Shown in pieces: positions 36,270-51,011 of a DNA stretch of 64,000 nt (positions are counted from its first letter, which is position 1; every line of letters begins with the position of its first letter). Where the stretch lies: the NCBI RefSeq assembly GCF_036365525.1, contig NC_090399.1, positions 15,189,558 through 15,253,557 of the forward strand, read 5' to 3'. The position numbers and the translations under genes are program-made. The DNA is from Heterodontus francisci. Lineage: Eukaryota. The notes beneath the pieces were generated by a model. The model did not search any database. It had not been told where the DNA came from and was given only the letters and a program-made list of their open reading frames with translations.

Positions 36270-38065
36270 CTCCGTGTCGCCACCGCACTCATCTCCTAGA
36301 ATAACTGCCAAGAGCTCAGGAACATCTTTGTCACTAAGTTCGAGACCATTCAATCAGTTGGCTCTGCCATCAGTCCTCCCTTCCATTAGCCCGCCAGGCC
36401 AAACCTCCTCTAATGTTCTCCCCTGCTCTAGCCCTGAACTCGCATGTTTTTCTAATTTATCCCTTATCTGCCCTCATGCCCTTTCGAAGCTCATCTTGTC
36501 CAGGAGGCCCACGTCCTGCAGCCTCAATCCTCTTCCCAATCAACTGATGTCCTCCAAACTTCCCCTCCTGGTTCCCATATTAGCTGATATTTTTAACGAT
36601 TCTCTCTCGTCAGGTGTTGTCCCTCTTCGCTTTCAATCTGCCTTCATCAAGCCTTTCGTAAAAAAACAGCATTTGACTCGACCATCCCTGCAAACTACCA
36701 TCCAATCTCCTGTTCACCCTTTCCTTTCCAAAATCCTTTAACATGTTGTCGCTTGCCAAATGCATTTCCATCTTTCCTGAAACTTCATGTTTGAGTCCAT
36801 TCAATCAGGTTTCTGCCCCTGTCACAGTGCAGGAACAGCTCTTATCAAAGACACAAATGACATCCTACATGACTGTGACAAATGTAAACTATATCCCTTT
36901 TCGCCCTTCTCTACCACACCATCCTCCTTCACTGTCCTCAGTTGAGTGGGACTTCTCTCACCTGATTCCTTTCTAATTTATATCATCATAGCCAGAGAAT
37001 CACTTGCAATGGCTTCTCTTCCTGCTCCTGCACTATTAACTCTGGTGTCCCTCGAGGAACTATCTTTGGCCCCTTCTAATTCTCATCTACATGCTGCCCC
37101 TGGATGGCAAGCACAGCATTAGTTTTCACATTACACAGATGAGACCCAGCTCTACTTCCCCACTCCCTCTCTCGACTCCTCCACTGTTGCTAAAATATTT
37201 AACTTCTTATTTGGCATCCAGTACTGGATGAGCAGAAATTTCCTCAAATTAAATATTGGAAAAACTGAAGCCATCATTTCCGTCTCTGCTCCAAACTCTA
37301 TTGCCTAGTTTCCAACTCCATTCCACTCCTTGTCAACAGTCTGAGATTAGGCGATTCTATTCACAGTCATGGTATCACATTTCACCCAGAGATGAGATTC
37401 TGACATCATATTCCTGCCATCACAAAGACCGTCCATTTCTACCGCCATAACATTGCCCAAATTTGCCTTTGTCTGCTGCTGAAACCCTCATTCATGCCTT
37501 TGTTACTCTGAGCCTGACTTTTCTAATGCCCTCCTGGCTGTTCTCCCACATTCTACCCTCCATAAACTTGAGGTTATCCAGAACTCTGCTACCAGTGTCT
37601 TATGTTCAGTAAGTCCCATCCACCTATCACCTCTGTGCTCGCTGACCTGCACAGGCTCCTGCTCAAGCAACGTCCTGATTTTACAATTCCCACCCTTGTT
37701 TTCAAATCCCGCCATATCCCCCTCTTCTCTCTGTAATCTCCTCCAGCCCCTCCAAGATATCTGTGCTCTTCTAATTCTGGCCTCATGAGTATCCTCAAAT
37801 TTAATTGCTCCACCATTGGTGGCCGCGCTTTCAGTTGCCGGAGCCCTGAGCTCTGAATTAGGCCCCCTACTGCTCTCCGCCTCTCCACCTCGCTTTCCTC
37901 CTTTAAGACGCTTCTAAACACCTACCATTTTAACGAACCCTTTGTTCATCTGACCGAATAACTCCTTATGTGGCTTGATGTCATATTTAATCATGCAGCT
38001 GTGAAGCGCCTATGGACGTTATATTATGTTCAAGGCGCTATATAAATATACGTTGTTGTTGTTAT
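36270..38065 (+). mobile_element. Decayed L2-clade LINE (RT to 3' end)
   Basis: YxDxTQLY-like RT motif at about 37131; aggcgctatataaat..(gtt)n tail. Confidence 0.8.
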
Positions 38066-40404
38066 AAGTCAGAACTGAACCCTGAAATTCAATTGATGGG
38101 GCAGATGCTTGAACGAGTAATAATATTCCGAATTGCTGTACAGATTTTGTAATCACTGTTTTGTTGGTGGGCACCATAAACTTCCAATAGTTTTCACTTC
38201 TGCGTCCTGCTGGTCCCAAGGGAGAATAAGTGAGTCTCTTATGCGTAAGCGCGTTCTTCCAGGAATGTTCGGGGAAAATAACATTAAAAAATTGCATATA
38301 TATAGCACCTTTCACTGTCACCGGATGTCTCAAAGTACTTTACAGCCAAAGAAGCATTTTTTCAAACATCGTCACTATTATAATGTAAAAAACGCGGCAT
38401 CCAAAGTGCACGCAGCAAACTCCCACAAACAGCAATGTGATGATGACCAGACAATTTTTTTTATCATGTTGTTTGAGGGATACAAATTGACTAGGACACG
38501 AGGGATAATTCCCTGCTTTTCTCCTTAATCGTGCCACACGCAGATGGGACTTTAATTGACTTATTGCCTGAAGAATGACACCTCTAACAGTGCAGCATAA
38601 CACGAGCCTTGCTTTTTGTTCTGAAGCCGGAGAGTGAGTCTTGAACCCACTCTGAGACAGGAATACTAACAACTGAGCCACAGCTGACACTTCGACTGAA
38701 GTGCTGATTGAAACAGCATTTGTAACTTGCTAAGAATGTCTTTTTTTTTTACCGTTTTACAATATATTTTAGACTTATTAAATATTGCTATATGTTTCTC
38801 AATATTTTAGAAGTTTTTAATATTAGAAGCCGTTTGACAACATGAAATATAAGTATTTCAGTCTTTGCCTTTGATATTATCTATTAATTCAGTTATGAAA
38901 TGTTGCGTCATATCAATGAATGGTATTTACTAATTGGTTGTTAAATGTTGCAGGTAACAGGTTTAATTGATTTGAAATAAAAATGATCCACTTGTAACAT
39001 TAAAACGGCTTAATTTGCCTTTATACAGCTGTTTCAAAGTACAGAAATGTTCCAAGGCTCTTTAGAGGCTTCATGCAAAAACTGACACCTATCGAAAGAA
39101 ATACACATTAGGACATCTTCGTGAAAAACATAGGTGTTCAGCATAGTCTTAAACGCAGAGGGAGAGTTGAAAACATCTGGGGAGGGAATTCCAGAGCTTA
39201 GATCCCAGACTGCTGGAGGTATGGCCACCTATTGCAGGAGGAAGTAAGTGAGATGGACAAGCAGCCAGAGATAAAGGAATGTAGAGTATTTGGACTTGCG
39301 ACGGAGAGAGAGCAATGAGGTCATGGAGGGATCTGAGTAGGAAGATGAGAATTTTAAAATTAAGGCGTTGGTGGACTGGGAGTCAATGTAGGTCAAAGTG
39401 ATCACAGGGGTGATGGGTGAATGGGATTTGGTACAAGTCAGGATACTGTCCAAGATCAGTTTCACTCCACAATGCTTCCACTTATGTTGCACTATTTTAC
39501 ATGTATCGCTGATGAGGGATCACTTCAGGTGCATAACATTACTTGACGGTTACCATGCCATGACTTCTGGGCTCAGAAAAAATAAAGCTGCCTTTTCAGG
39601 CTGAAATAATTCAAAGAAATTAGCTATTACTGATCAGTCATTGCAGCTTCCTGAGAAATTCATGATTCTATCAAAATAAAAAGCTAGATTTTGCCATCAG
39701 AGGTGAAGCAGCAGTGGTTGCTGCTGACCTCGAAGAGAGCTGCCCAAAAACCCAACGATGTGCGTCCAGCTTAGCAGCAGTGATACCATCAAGCAGGGTA
39801 AACAGCCAATCGCATTTGAGTATTCTCACAGACAGTAAATCAGGAATTAAAAAACACTGAATTACCTCACTTTGAATTGTCAAATTTTGCAGATAACAAA
39901 ATAAATGATTGAGACAGGCACATTCCAAGGCCTTTCACCTCAGCTTATTGAGGCACAAACTGATACCTATTTAAAGAAGTACAAATTTGGACAGCTGACC
40001 AAAAGCTTCGTCAAATACATAAGTGTTCAGCAGAGTCTTACAGGAGGAGAGTGAGTTGAAGAGGTTTGGGGAGGGAATATACATGGGCTTAAGTTTGAAG
40101 CTAAAATACCACAAACAAACTTTAAAATTTATGCTGAAAATGTGGAATCCATTAACAGAATGGAGACATTTGACATTCAACAACTATACAATCACTCTTC
40201 CAAGGCCTGTGCTGCTGTTTAACAATGATGATGACTTTGGTAGGCCGTTAAAACCCCAATTACACTCTATTCAACAAAGTGCAAGTTTTCCAAGGGTTTT
40301 TACAATGAGACTAAGAGCGTAACAGTGGAGGTTCTCCTCAGTTCAATAACCTGTAATTGATTGCATCAAGGAGGGACTTCAACAGTGCATCCTCTAGGAC
40401 AGCA

Positions 40405-41400
40405 TAGAATAGAAACATAGAAACACAGAAAATAGGAGCAGCAGTAGGCCATTTTGCCCTTCGAGCCTGCTCAGTCATTCATTTTGATCAAGGCTGGTCA
40501 TCTAACTCAGTAACCTGTTCCCGCTTTCCCCCATATCCTTTGATCCCTTTCACACCAGGAGTTATATCTAACTCCTTCTTGAAAACATACAATCTTTCGG
40601 CCTCAACTGATTTCTGTAGTAGCAAATTCCACAAGCTCACCACTCTCTGGGTGAAGAAATGTATCCTCATCTCAGTCCTGAAAGGTTTACCCCGTATCCT
40701 TAGCCTATGACCCCTGGTTCTGGACTCCCCCACCATCGGCAACATCCTTCCTGCATCTACCTTGTCAAGTCCTGTTAGAATTTTAGAGGTTTCTGTGAGA
40801 TCCCCCTCACTCTTCTGAACTCCAGCGAATATAATCCTAACCGACTCAATCTCTCCTCATACGTCAGTCCTGCCATCCCAAGAATCAGTCTGGTAAACCT
40901 TCGCTGCACTCCCTCCATAGCAAGAACATCCTTCCTCAGATAAGGAGACCAGAACTGCACACAATATTCCAGGTGTGGCCTCACCAAGGCCCTGTATAAT
41001 TGCAGCAAGATATCCCTGCTCCTGTACTCGAATCCTCTCGGTATGAAGGCCAACATACCATTTGCACTTTTTACCACCTGTTGCACCTGCAAGCTTACCT
41101 TCAGCAACTGGTGTACAAGAACACCCAGGTCTCGTTGCATATTTCCCTCTCTCAGTTTATAGCCGTTCAGATAATAATCTGCCTTCATGCTTTTGCCACC
41201 ATAGTGGATAATCTTACATTTATCCACACTATACTGCATCTGCCATGCATTTGCCCACTCACTTAACTTGTCCAAATCACCTTGAAACCTCTCTGCATCC
41301 TTCTCACAACTCACCCTCCCACCCAGTTTTGTGTCATCTGCAAATTTGGACATATTACATTTAGATCCCTCATCTAAATCATTAATATATATTGTGGATC
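40405..41400 (-). mobile_element. CR1 3' fragment
   Basis: SKFADDTKLGG and RPHLEYCVQFWSP. Confidence 0.92.
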
Positions 41401-41509
41401 ACAAATGGAAACTTCTAGATTTGTACATTTTACTGTGCATATATGGTCACCTGGAGCTTCTGTCAGTTTCAGAGAAGTAATGATGGCACGTGATGACAGT
41501 TTTACCATC

Positions 41510-42585
41510 ATTACGACCGCAACATCTCAGCCAATGACCACAAGCTCACCACCTCCAGCATGATGCCACTACCAAACGCATCTTCCCCTCCATTCCCCTG
41601 ACAGCATTCCGAAGGGATCGTTCCCTCCACGACACCCTGGTCCACTCCTCCATTACCCCCACCACCTCGTCCCCACCCCATGGCACCTTCCACTGAAATC
41701 GCAGGAGGTGTTATACCTGCCCATTTACCTCCTCTCTCCTCACTATCCCAGGCCCCAAACACTCCTTTCAGGTGAAGCAGCGATTTACTTGTACTTCTTT
41801 CAATGTAGTATACTGTATTCGCTGCTCACAATGTGGTCTCCTCTACATTGGGGAGACCAAACGCAGACTGGGTGACCACTTTGCGGAACACCTCCGCTCA
41901 GTCCACAAGCATGACCTCGAGCTTCCGGTTGCTGGCCATTTCAACACTCCCCCCTGCTCTCATGCTCACACCTCTATCCTGGGATTGCTGCAGTGTTCCA
42001 GTGAACATCAACGCAAGCTCGAGGAACAGCATCTCATTTACTGATTAGACACACTACAGCCTGCCGGACTGAACATTGAGTTCAGTAATTTCAGAGCATG
42101 ATGGCCCCCACCCATTTTACTTATACTTTTCGTTATTTTTTCTTTTTCATATTTTTTATATTTTTTTGTATGTTTATTTTATTTCTTCTTAGTTTGTTCA
42201 GTTTGCTTACCCATTGTTTTTTTTTATGTTTGTACTTGCTGCTGTTCAATTATCAGTCCATTAACACCCTATCTGTACTAATGCTTTGTCTTTCAACACG
42301 CTGTTAACATAACGTTTGCCTTTGCTCCACGACCTTCTGGTCAGCTATACTGTGGCCTTGTCCTATCTACACATTCTCCTTTGTTATCTCCTGCCCCACC
42401 CCCACTTTACTTGCTTATAACCTTTGACATTTCTAATATTTGCCAGTTCCGAAGAAGGGACATTGTCCTGAAACATTAACTCTGCTTCTCTCTCCACAGA
42501 TGCTGCCAGACCTGTTGAGTATTTCCAGCATTTATTGTTTTTATTTCAGATTTCCAGCATCCGCAGTATTTTGCTTTTATTTTAG
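41510..42585 (+). mobile_element. Penelope-like element: GIY-YIG endonuclease region plus pLTR
   Basis: VVYCIRCSQCGLLYIGETKRRLGDHFAEH. Confidence 0.88.
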
Positions 42586-42934
42586 TAAAGGAGACTGTTG
42601 GGAAGAGTGACCATAATATGATAGAATTTTATCTTGAGCTTGAATGTGATCTAGTTAATTTAGAAACTAGTATCTTCAATCTAAGCAAAGCAGTACCATA
42701 AACTATGACATTGCCATTACTCTCCACAGTCACTTGGCAATCTTTGTATTCATGTTGCCACTTTCTCTTTTATTCCATAGGTTTAAATTTGCTGGCAATC
42801 CTGTCATTTGGACTTTATCAAACGCCTTTTGGAAGTGAATGTACACCACATCAACCGCAATGCTCTCATCAGCCTTCTCTGTTACTTTATCAAAAACTCA
42901 ATCAAGTTAGTTAAATAAAATATGCCTTTAACAA

Positions 42935-43105
42935 ATAAAAGCAAAATAGAGCAGATGCTGGAAATCTTAAATAAAAAGAAAAAGTGCTGGAAATACTCAG
43001 CAGGTTTGGCAGCATCTGTGGAGAGAGAAGCAGCATTAACGTTTCAGGTCAGTGACCTTTCATCGCCTGTCTAAGGAAAGTTCACTGACCTGAAACGTTA
43101 ACTCT
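42935..43105 (-). mobile_element. Penelope pLTR fragment with 25-bp inverted repeat
   Basis: ttaacgtttcaggtcagtgaccttt ... aaagttcactgacctgaaacgttaa. Confidence 0.7.
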
Positions 43106-43709
43106 AACTCTTTTATCATCCAATGAGCTGTGACTTCATTTTTCCTCACTTTCCGCCTCGTGGAAATGTCCCGTGACTGTACCCATAACATCTACTCTTT
43201 AAATGACAACTATTGTTCTGTTATAATTTTGCCTACCAATTCTTGATTCCAGTTTACCTGTGCCAGATCTGTTCACACCCCATTGAAATTGGCCCATGCT
43301 CGATTAATGATATTTTATCTGGTCTGGTCCTTGTTCTTTTCCATAGCTAACCTAAGACTTATGATACTATGATCACGGTCTCCTAAGTGTTCGACTTGCA
43401 CTTAATCCACTTGACCCACCACATTCCCAGAACCCGTCTCTGTCCTTTAAACTATTAATATCACAGACTATATTAGCATAATTAAAGATCCCATTCTCAA
43501 TGCTGTATAGTTTTTGCATCTGTCTGCAATTTCTTTCCAAATTTGTTCCTTTATAACTTTCCCACTAGTTGGTGGCCTACAAAGTACACCCAGTCATGTA
43601 ACGGTACCTCTATTGTTTCTTAGCTCAGAGGAAATGGATTCGGTCCTAAACCCTTCGAGGACATCACTCTCCAGCACTATAATATTGCCCTTAGTCAATA
43701 GTGCCACTC

Positions 43710-45880
43710 AGTTGTATATAACCACTACGAAGTCAATACAAAAGATCGAAACCAGACGGACCACCCGGCAGCCACCTAGGCACCGGAAATGACAACGGCA
43801 AACCCAACCCTGTCGACCCTGCAAAGTCCTCCTTATTAACATCTGGAGGCTTGTGCCAAAGTTGGGAAAGCTGTCCCACAGACTAGTCAAACCACAGACT
43901 GACATAGTCATACTCACGGAATCATACCTTACAGACAATGTCCCAGAAACTGCCATCACCATCCCTGGGCTACAACCCAGGACTACTTGCGTGCCAAACT
44001 GCATAGGCAGCATGCGTTAGACAGAGCTAAGCAATCCCATAACCAACGGATCAGATCTAAGCTCTGCAGTCCTGCCACGTCCAGCCGTGAATGGTGGTGG
44101 ACAATTAAGCAACTTACTGGAGGAGGTGGCTCCACCAATACCCCCATCCTCAATGATGGTGGAGCCCAGCACATCAGTGCAAAAGATAAGGCTGAAGCAT
44201 TGGCAACAATCTTCAGTCAGAAGTGTCGAGTTGATGATCGTCTCGGCCTCCTCCTGACGTCCAGAGCATCACAGATGCCAGACTTCAGCCAATTCGATTC
44301 ACTCCACGTGATATCAAGAAACGATATCAAGCTCTGGATACTCCAAAGGCTATGGGCCCTGATAATATTCCGACAATAGTACTGAAGACCTGTGCTCCAG
44401 AACTTGTCACTTCCCTTGCCAAGCTGTTCCAGTGCAGCTACAACACTGTCATCTACCCGGCAATGTAGAAAATTGCCCAGGTATGTCCTGTACACAAAAA
44501 GCAGGACAAGTCCAACCCAGACAATTACCGCCCCATCAGTCTTTTCCCAATCACCAGTAAAGTGATGGAAGGTGTCATCAATAGCGCCATCAAGAATCAC
44601 TTGCTCAACGACGCTCAGTTTGTGCTCCCCCAGAGCCACACAGCTCCTGACCTCATTACAACCTTGGTTCAAACATCGACAAAAGATCTGAACTCCAAAG
44701 TTAGATGAGAGTGACTGCTCTTGACATCAATGCAGGATTTGACCGAGTATGGCATCAAGGAGCCCTAGCAAAACTGAAGTCAATGGGAATCATGCAGAAA
44801 ACTCTCTGCTGGTTGGAGTCATACCTCGCACAAAGGAAGATAGTTGTGCTTGTTGGAGGTCAATAAGCTCAGCTTCACCACATCACTGCAGGAGTTCCTC
44901 AGGGTAGTGTCCTCGGCGCAGCCATCTTCAGCTGCTTCATCAATGACCTTCCTTCAATCATAAGGTCAGAAGTGGGGATGCTCGCTGATGATTGCACAAT
45001 GTTCAGCACCATTCGTGACTCCTCAGATACTGAAGCAATCCGTGTAGAAATGTAACATGACCAGGACAATATCCAGGCTTAGGCTGATAAGTGGCAAGTA
45101 ACATTTGCACCACACAAGTGCCAGGCAATGACTTTCTCAAGCAAGAGAGAATCTAACCATCTCCCCTTGACATTCAATGGTATTACAATTGCTGAATCCC
45201 CCACTACCGACATTCCGGGCGTTACCACTGACCAGAAACTAAACTTCAGTAGCCATGTAAATGCCGCGGCGACAAGAGCAGGTCAGAGGCTAGGAATCCT
45301 GCGGCGGGTAGCTCACCTCCTGACTCCCCACAGCCTGTCCACCAACTACAAGGCACAAGTCAGGAGTGTGATGGAATACTCTCCACTTGCCTGGATGGGT
45401 GCAGCTCCAACAACACTCAAGAAGCTCGACACCATCCAGAACAAAGCAGCCCGCTTGATTGGCACCCCATCTACAAACATTCACTCCCCCCATCACCGAA
45501 GCACAGTGGCAGAAGTATGTGCCATCTACAAAATGCACTGCAGTAATGCACCAAGGCGTCTTAGACATCACCTTCCAAACCCGCGACCTCTACCAACTAG
45601 AAGGACAAAGGCAGAAAATGCATGGGAACACCACTACCTGCAAGTTCCCCTTCAAGTCACACACCATCTGACTTGGAACTATATCGCCATCCCTTCACTG
45701 TTGCTGGGTCACATTCCTTGAACTCCCTTCCGAACAGCATTGTGAGTGTACTTACCGCACATGGACTGCAGTGGTTCATGAAGGCAGCTCATCACCACCT
45801 TCTCATGGGCAATTAGGGATGGGCAATAAATGCTGGCCAAGCCAGTGACTCCCACATCCCATGAATGAATACAAAAAAAT
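43710..45880 (+). mobile_element. Family-B LINE, long decayed copy with internal deletion
   Basis: APE start, NYRPIS, GVPQGS and ADDC remnants plus tail. Confidence 0.88.
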
Positions 45881-46239
45881 TACCTCCCTATCCTACCCAT
45901 GTCTGAGCTGGATCTCCGTGATCACCATGACATCATGGCCTGGATTGTGTAGTCAGCACTGAAGCGGCGGCGTCCTTTGCTGACTACAAGGTTGATATGC
46001 TGCAGCGGGACGTTCCTCTTCCTGCGGCAGCATGGGTTCCAATACGAAACCAGAGACGAGGTCAAGTCGTGATTGGCATTGTCGGCGGAGCCACGCCTCT
46101 GTTGACGTCATTAGATGAAAATACACCCCTTGAGGTCAAGGAGTAAATCAGTCAGTCAGTGTTCAGGTGCGTGCTTTGTAATGATTTTAAGCGGATTTGA
46201 ACTTTTTAAAATTTGGGGTCATGATTTTTTTTAAATTGT

Positions 46240-48850
46240 GAACTTAGTTAGCTTGCTATGGAATCCAACCTACAGAGTGATAGCCAAAGTTTAACAAGTT
46301 ATGGTGACCAATATACAGTCCTGTCCACAGGTTTCCACTATGCCTTATGTGAAGAACTGCTTTCTGACGTCATTGCTGAATGGTCTAACTCTAATTTTAA
46401 GGTACTGCTCCCTTGTTCTGGACTGGCCCACAGAGCAAATGGTTTCTTTCTGTCTACCCTATCAAATCCTTTAATCTTCTTGAACACCTCAATTAGAAAA
46501 TCCCTTGATCTCCTACATTCAAGGGAATACAAGTATAGTCTATGCAAAGTGACCTCATGATTTAAACTTTTTAGCCCTGGTGCATCTGAGCTGCACCACT
46601 AAGCACTTTAGGAGGTGTTGTGCCCAGATCTGTACACCACATCGGGTCTAAAAACGTTAGTTACGGTAATAACGTAACTCTGGCGCCTTTGTCTTCAAAC
46701 CGTCTTGAGATAAATGCCAACATATCTTTAGCTTTTTAAAATTATTTTGTACTTGTCCACCAGTTTTTAGTGATTTCTGTACTTGGACTCCTAAATCTCA
46801 CTGCTTATCAACAACTCCGAGCTTCTCACCATCTGCAAAATGCTCGGATTTCTCATTCTTTGGCCCAACTTTGGTGACTTCAAACTTTCCCACAAAAAAC
46901 GCTGCCGCAATGTTTCCCACTGACATAGGTCAGTGTCCCTTTGCAATCTTCTACTCCCATTTACACTATTTACTGACTTCCCGAACTTGGTATTGCCAGA
47001 AACTTCAAGAGACGGTCCACTATTTATTCATCCAAGTCATTTATAACTATAGTGAAAAGCTGTGGCGGTACTGATCACTGGTGGGCACCACATCCTGCCA
47101 ATTTGAATAGATACCCATTATCAATAGAATTTGTCTGCTACCTAATAACCAGTTCCTTGTTCAAGCCTATAGGTTGCCTCCAATTTCATGCATTCTCGTT
47201 CTTGTTAACAGTCTTTTATGTGGAACTTTGTCGAAACCCTTATGGAAGTGCATATAAATAACATGCATAAACATTCTCCTAACTACCACGTTATTTATCT
47301 CCACAAAGCATTCAACTAGGTTGATTAGACATCACATACCATTTAAAAATCCACGCCGGCTTTTTTCCAATCAGCTCATATTTGTCCAAATTCTCAGCCA
47401 CTCTGCCTCTAACAACAGATTCTAGTACCTTCCCCACAACTGGCATTGGACTAATAAGTCTATAATTACTTGGTTTTGTCTCTCGCACTTCATAAATATT
47501 TAGTTACATTGTTAATTTTCCAATCTAAGTGGACAATTCCTGAATCACGAGATCTTTTAAAGACCATGAAGAGCACCTCGCCTAGTTAGTGAGAATCAGA
47601 CCAAATATAATACGTTGAGAGGGACGGTGAAGTGGAAAATAGGACCTGTAAAGGTCCTGAATTTTTTATGAACTAACAGAGAAGGGATGATGGGAATGCA
47701 GTGGATGTTGTCTATATGGATTTTAAGAAAGCGTCCGACAAAGTACCACAGAGAAGGCTGATTAACAAAATCGAGTCTCAAGGAATAGGAGAGTCATTGT
47801 CCAATTGAATACAAAATTGGCTTAAGGACAGAAAACAGCGAGTCATGGTAAATGGTTGTTTTTCAGACTGGTGGATGGTAGACAGTGGTGTTCCCCAAAG
47901 GTCAATGCTAGAACCACTGTATTTTTGTGCTAGATATAAATGGCTTGGATCTTGGAATACAGAGTAGAATTTCAAAATTTCCTGATGATACCAAACTTGG
48001 AGGAGTTGTAAACAGTGAGGATGATATGAACCACCTGCAACAGGACGCAGATCAGCTAGCAGAATGGGCGGAAATGGCACAGATGGAATTTAATACAGAC
48101 AAGTGTGCAGTGATGCATTTTGGCAGAAGGAATAGGGAGAGACAATATATACTTAATGGTACAGTTCTAAAGAGTGTGCAGGAACAGAGGGACCTGGGGA
48201 TGCATGTGCATCGATCTTTGAAGGTGGCAGGACATATTGAGAATGTGGTTTGTAAAGCATATGGGATATTGCTCTTCATAAATAAAGGCATTGAGTATAA
48301 AAGCAGGGAAGTTCTGCTGAACATTTCTATAGCTCTGGTTAGGCCCCAACTGGAGCATTGAGTCCAGTTCTGGTCACGACAGTTTTGGAAGGATGTGAGG
48401 ATCCTTGAGAGGGTGCAGAGGAGATTTACCAGAATGATGGGGTTTTTACTTACAAGGTTCGGTTGGAAAAGCTGGGGTTGATCTCCTTACAACAAAGGAA
48501 GATTGAGGGGAGATTTAATAGAAGTGTACAAGATTATGACAGACTTAGGTAAGTTAGACAAGATAAAACTGTTTCCATTAACCGGTGGTACAGGTTTTAG
48601 GGGACACAGATTGAAGGTTTTGGACAAGAAATGCAGGAGACATGAGGAAGAACTGTTTTTAATAACCTGGAACTCGCTGCCCATTAGGATGGTGGAAGCG
48701 GGGACAACCAATGACTTTAAAAGGAGATTGGATGGACACTTGAAGGGCATAAACTTGCAGGGTTAAGGGGATCAAGGGGTGGAGTGGGACTGGCATGGAT
48801 TCGATGGGCCGAATGGCCTCCTTCAATGCAGTAAACGACTCTCTATGACT
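46240..48850. mobile_element. CR1 fragments: minus 46240-47570 (shared with copy 1) and plus 47660-48850
   Basis: FPDDTKLGG, KCAVMHFG and MRGDLIEVYKI. Confidence 0.85.
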
Positions 48851-50704
48851 TCTTCTAATAGGCTGTGGTGGAAATCATTACGCACTAGAGATTTATCTAT
48901 CTTTAGTCTCATTTGTTTTTCCATCCCCATTTAATAAGTATTGGATCTGGTTAGTTCCTCCACTTGATTTATTTTTCATTTGCCCTGTATCCCTGGCATT
49001 GTATCCACATCCTCTACTATAAAGGCAAACGTATTTATGTAAGTATTTAGCAATTCCGCTGTTTCCTGATTTCCAATATTGCGCGCATCTGTCATCAGGA
49101 TGCATGCATTACTACGAACGAAACCTTTATCTTTTTATTTTTGTAAAAACTTTTATTATTGTCATTGACACCATTTGCAAGCATTTTCTCCGATTGCCTG
49201 TTAACAGCTCGTTCTTTGCATTCCTTTGATGTTTTTATATCTCTCCTAGTCAGCTGGATTTATAGCTATTTGTTTTCTCCGTTCTGTTAGTTTGATACAA
49301 TCTCTCACTGCTCTTGTTGACCGAGACTGTATAATCATACAATAACAATTCACATTTAGATAGCGCCTTCAGAGTAGAGAAAAGTCTTAAGGTGCTTCCC
49401 AAGAGCGTTTTCAAACATCAGTTGACACCGAGCGACATAAAGGAATATTAGGGCAGGTGACCAACAGCTTCGTCAAAGAGGTAGGTTTTGAGGATATTCG
49501 TAAAGGAGCAAAGAGAAGTAGAGAGGCAGAGAAGCTTCAATGAGAAAGTTAAATTGAGGCGCTGTCTGACCTCGAACCAATGTAGTTCATAGAGCGGAAG
49601 GCTTATGGATGAACTGGACGATGCGAGTTAGTATATTGTTGGCAGAGTTTTGGATGAATTTAGGGACGCCAGCCAGATGAACGTTCAAATAGTCAAGTTC
49701 TGAGGTGCAAAGGCATGGAAGGGGGTTTGAGCTGCAGTGACACTTAACCAGAGCTCCAATGGTTAGATTACGAGGGTGTTTCCTTGGAATATAAAAGCTT
49801 AAGACGTGATTTGATGCTGTTTTTAGGATTAAAAGGGGTTGATCGGGCGGATTGAGAGAATTTTTTATGTTAGTGGGGGCATCTAAGAGAATTACATTAC
49901 ATTACATTCAGAACAAGACTATTCAGGAGATAATTTAGGAAACACTTCTTCATACAAAAAGTGGTAGAACTATGAAACTGTCTCACATAATAGGAAGTAG
50001 ATTCGAACTCAATGGGTTAATTAAAATCTGAGACGGAGAGATCTTTGCTAGACAAGGGTATAAGGGACATGGAGCCAAGTCAGGTGGATAGATTTAAGCC
50101 ACAGATTAGCCACGATCTCATTGAAAAGTGGTACAGGCTCAATGCTACGAAATATCTGCACCTTTTCCTGTGTCCGTGGATAGTAAACGATGCACTCCTA
50201 ATCATACAGAACTCCAGGTCCACTTACAGAAGTGACTAAATCTGAGAAAATATCAAGCACAAAATTGAACTATTTGTAACACACACTTGGTGCAAAACTA
50301 TGGTAAATCTGAAACGTATAGTTGAGGAGATTAAGAACTTTAATATTCATAACAAAGTGAAAGAAGTTAATAGTAAGTAATAACACTTTGGGATACCATT
50401 TTTTCTGATTGCGATTTGTTATCGATCAAGTAACCATATTGGGAAGATAACCTGAATTCTGCTATTGGGAACATGGCAAGTATATTTTCAAAAACGGTTT
50501 TATGATTCATCAAAAACGCTCGCGTAATGAAATTCTCACCGATGCATTTTCACAGTCCCTATCCACAGTGACCCAGAGGACCTCTTTCCCCACCTTGGAC
50601 AGTTTGTCAGGCTGGTAAAACAGAAAATTTTGATAATGAGAATGAAGATTCCATTACCAAAGGTTTCCGAAGAGACACACGGCCTCTACAGATTGAAACG
50701 GTAG

Positions 50705-50710
50705 TTTATT
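50705..50710 (-). terminator. Candidate polyadenylation signal AATAAA of gene B
   Basis: About 175 nt after the stop; conserved with gene A. Confidence 0.55.
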
Positions 50711-50882
50711 TTGCAACTGGGAAAGTAGGAACAACTTCATATTTACATACATTCATAGCCAACTGGTTGAACAATTGTTGGCAGGTTAGTAGATAAGATG
50801 GCGGTCAGTGTGCTGGATACTGGTTAGAATTGCTGAGTGAGAGGGGCGGGTTTTGAGGTCTTCCAGGTTTCTTCCCAGAGCT

Positions 50883-51011
50883 TCAGTTGATGCTGGTGTT
50901 CTCGACATGCTGTGCCTCATTGTTTACTGTCATTGTCTTCCCCTTTTGCTTTATGTTCAATTCGGCGTAATGCAGGGAAACTGCCTCATCACTGTCACGA
51001 TTGGAATATAC
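50883..51011 (-). CDS. Gene B terminal exon with ITIM: VYSNRDSDEAVSLHYAELNIKQKGKTMTVNNEAQHVENTSIN*
   Basis: Acceptor aattattag; LHYAEL fits the ITIM consensus [ILVS]xYxx[LV]. Confidence 0.8.
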   Translation of the reverse strand, partial: VYSNRDSDEAVSLHYAELNIKQKGKTMTVNNEAQHVENTSIN

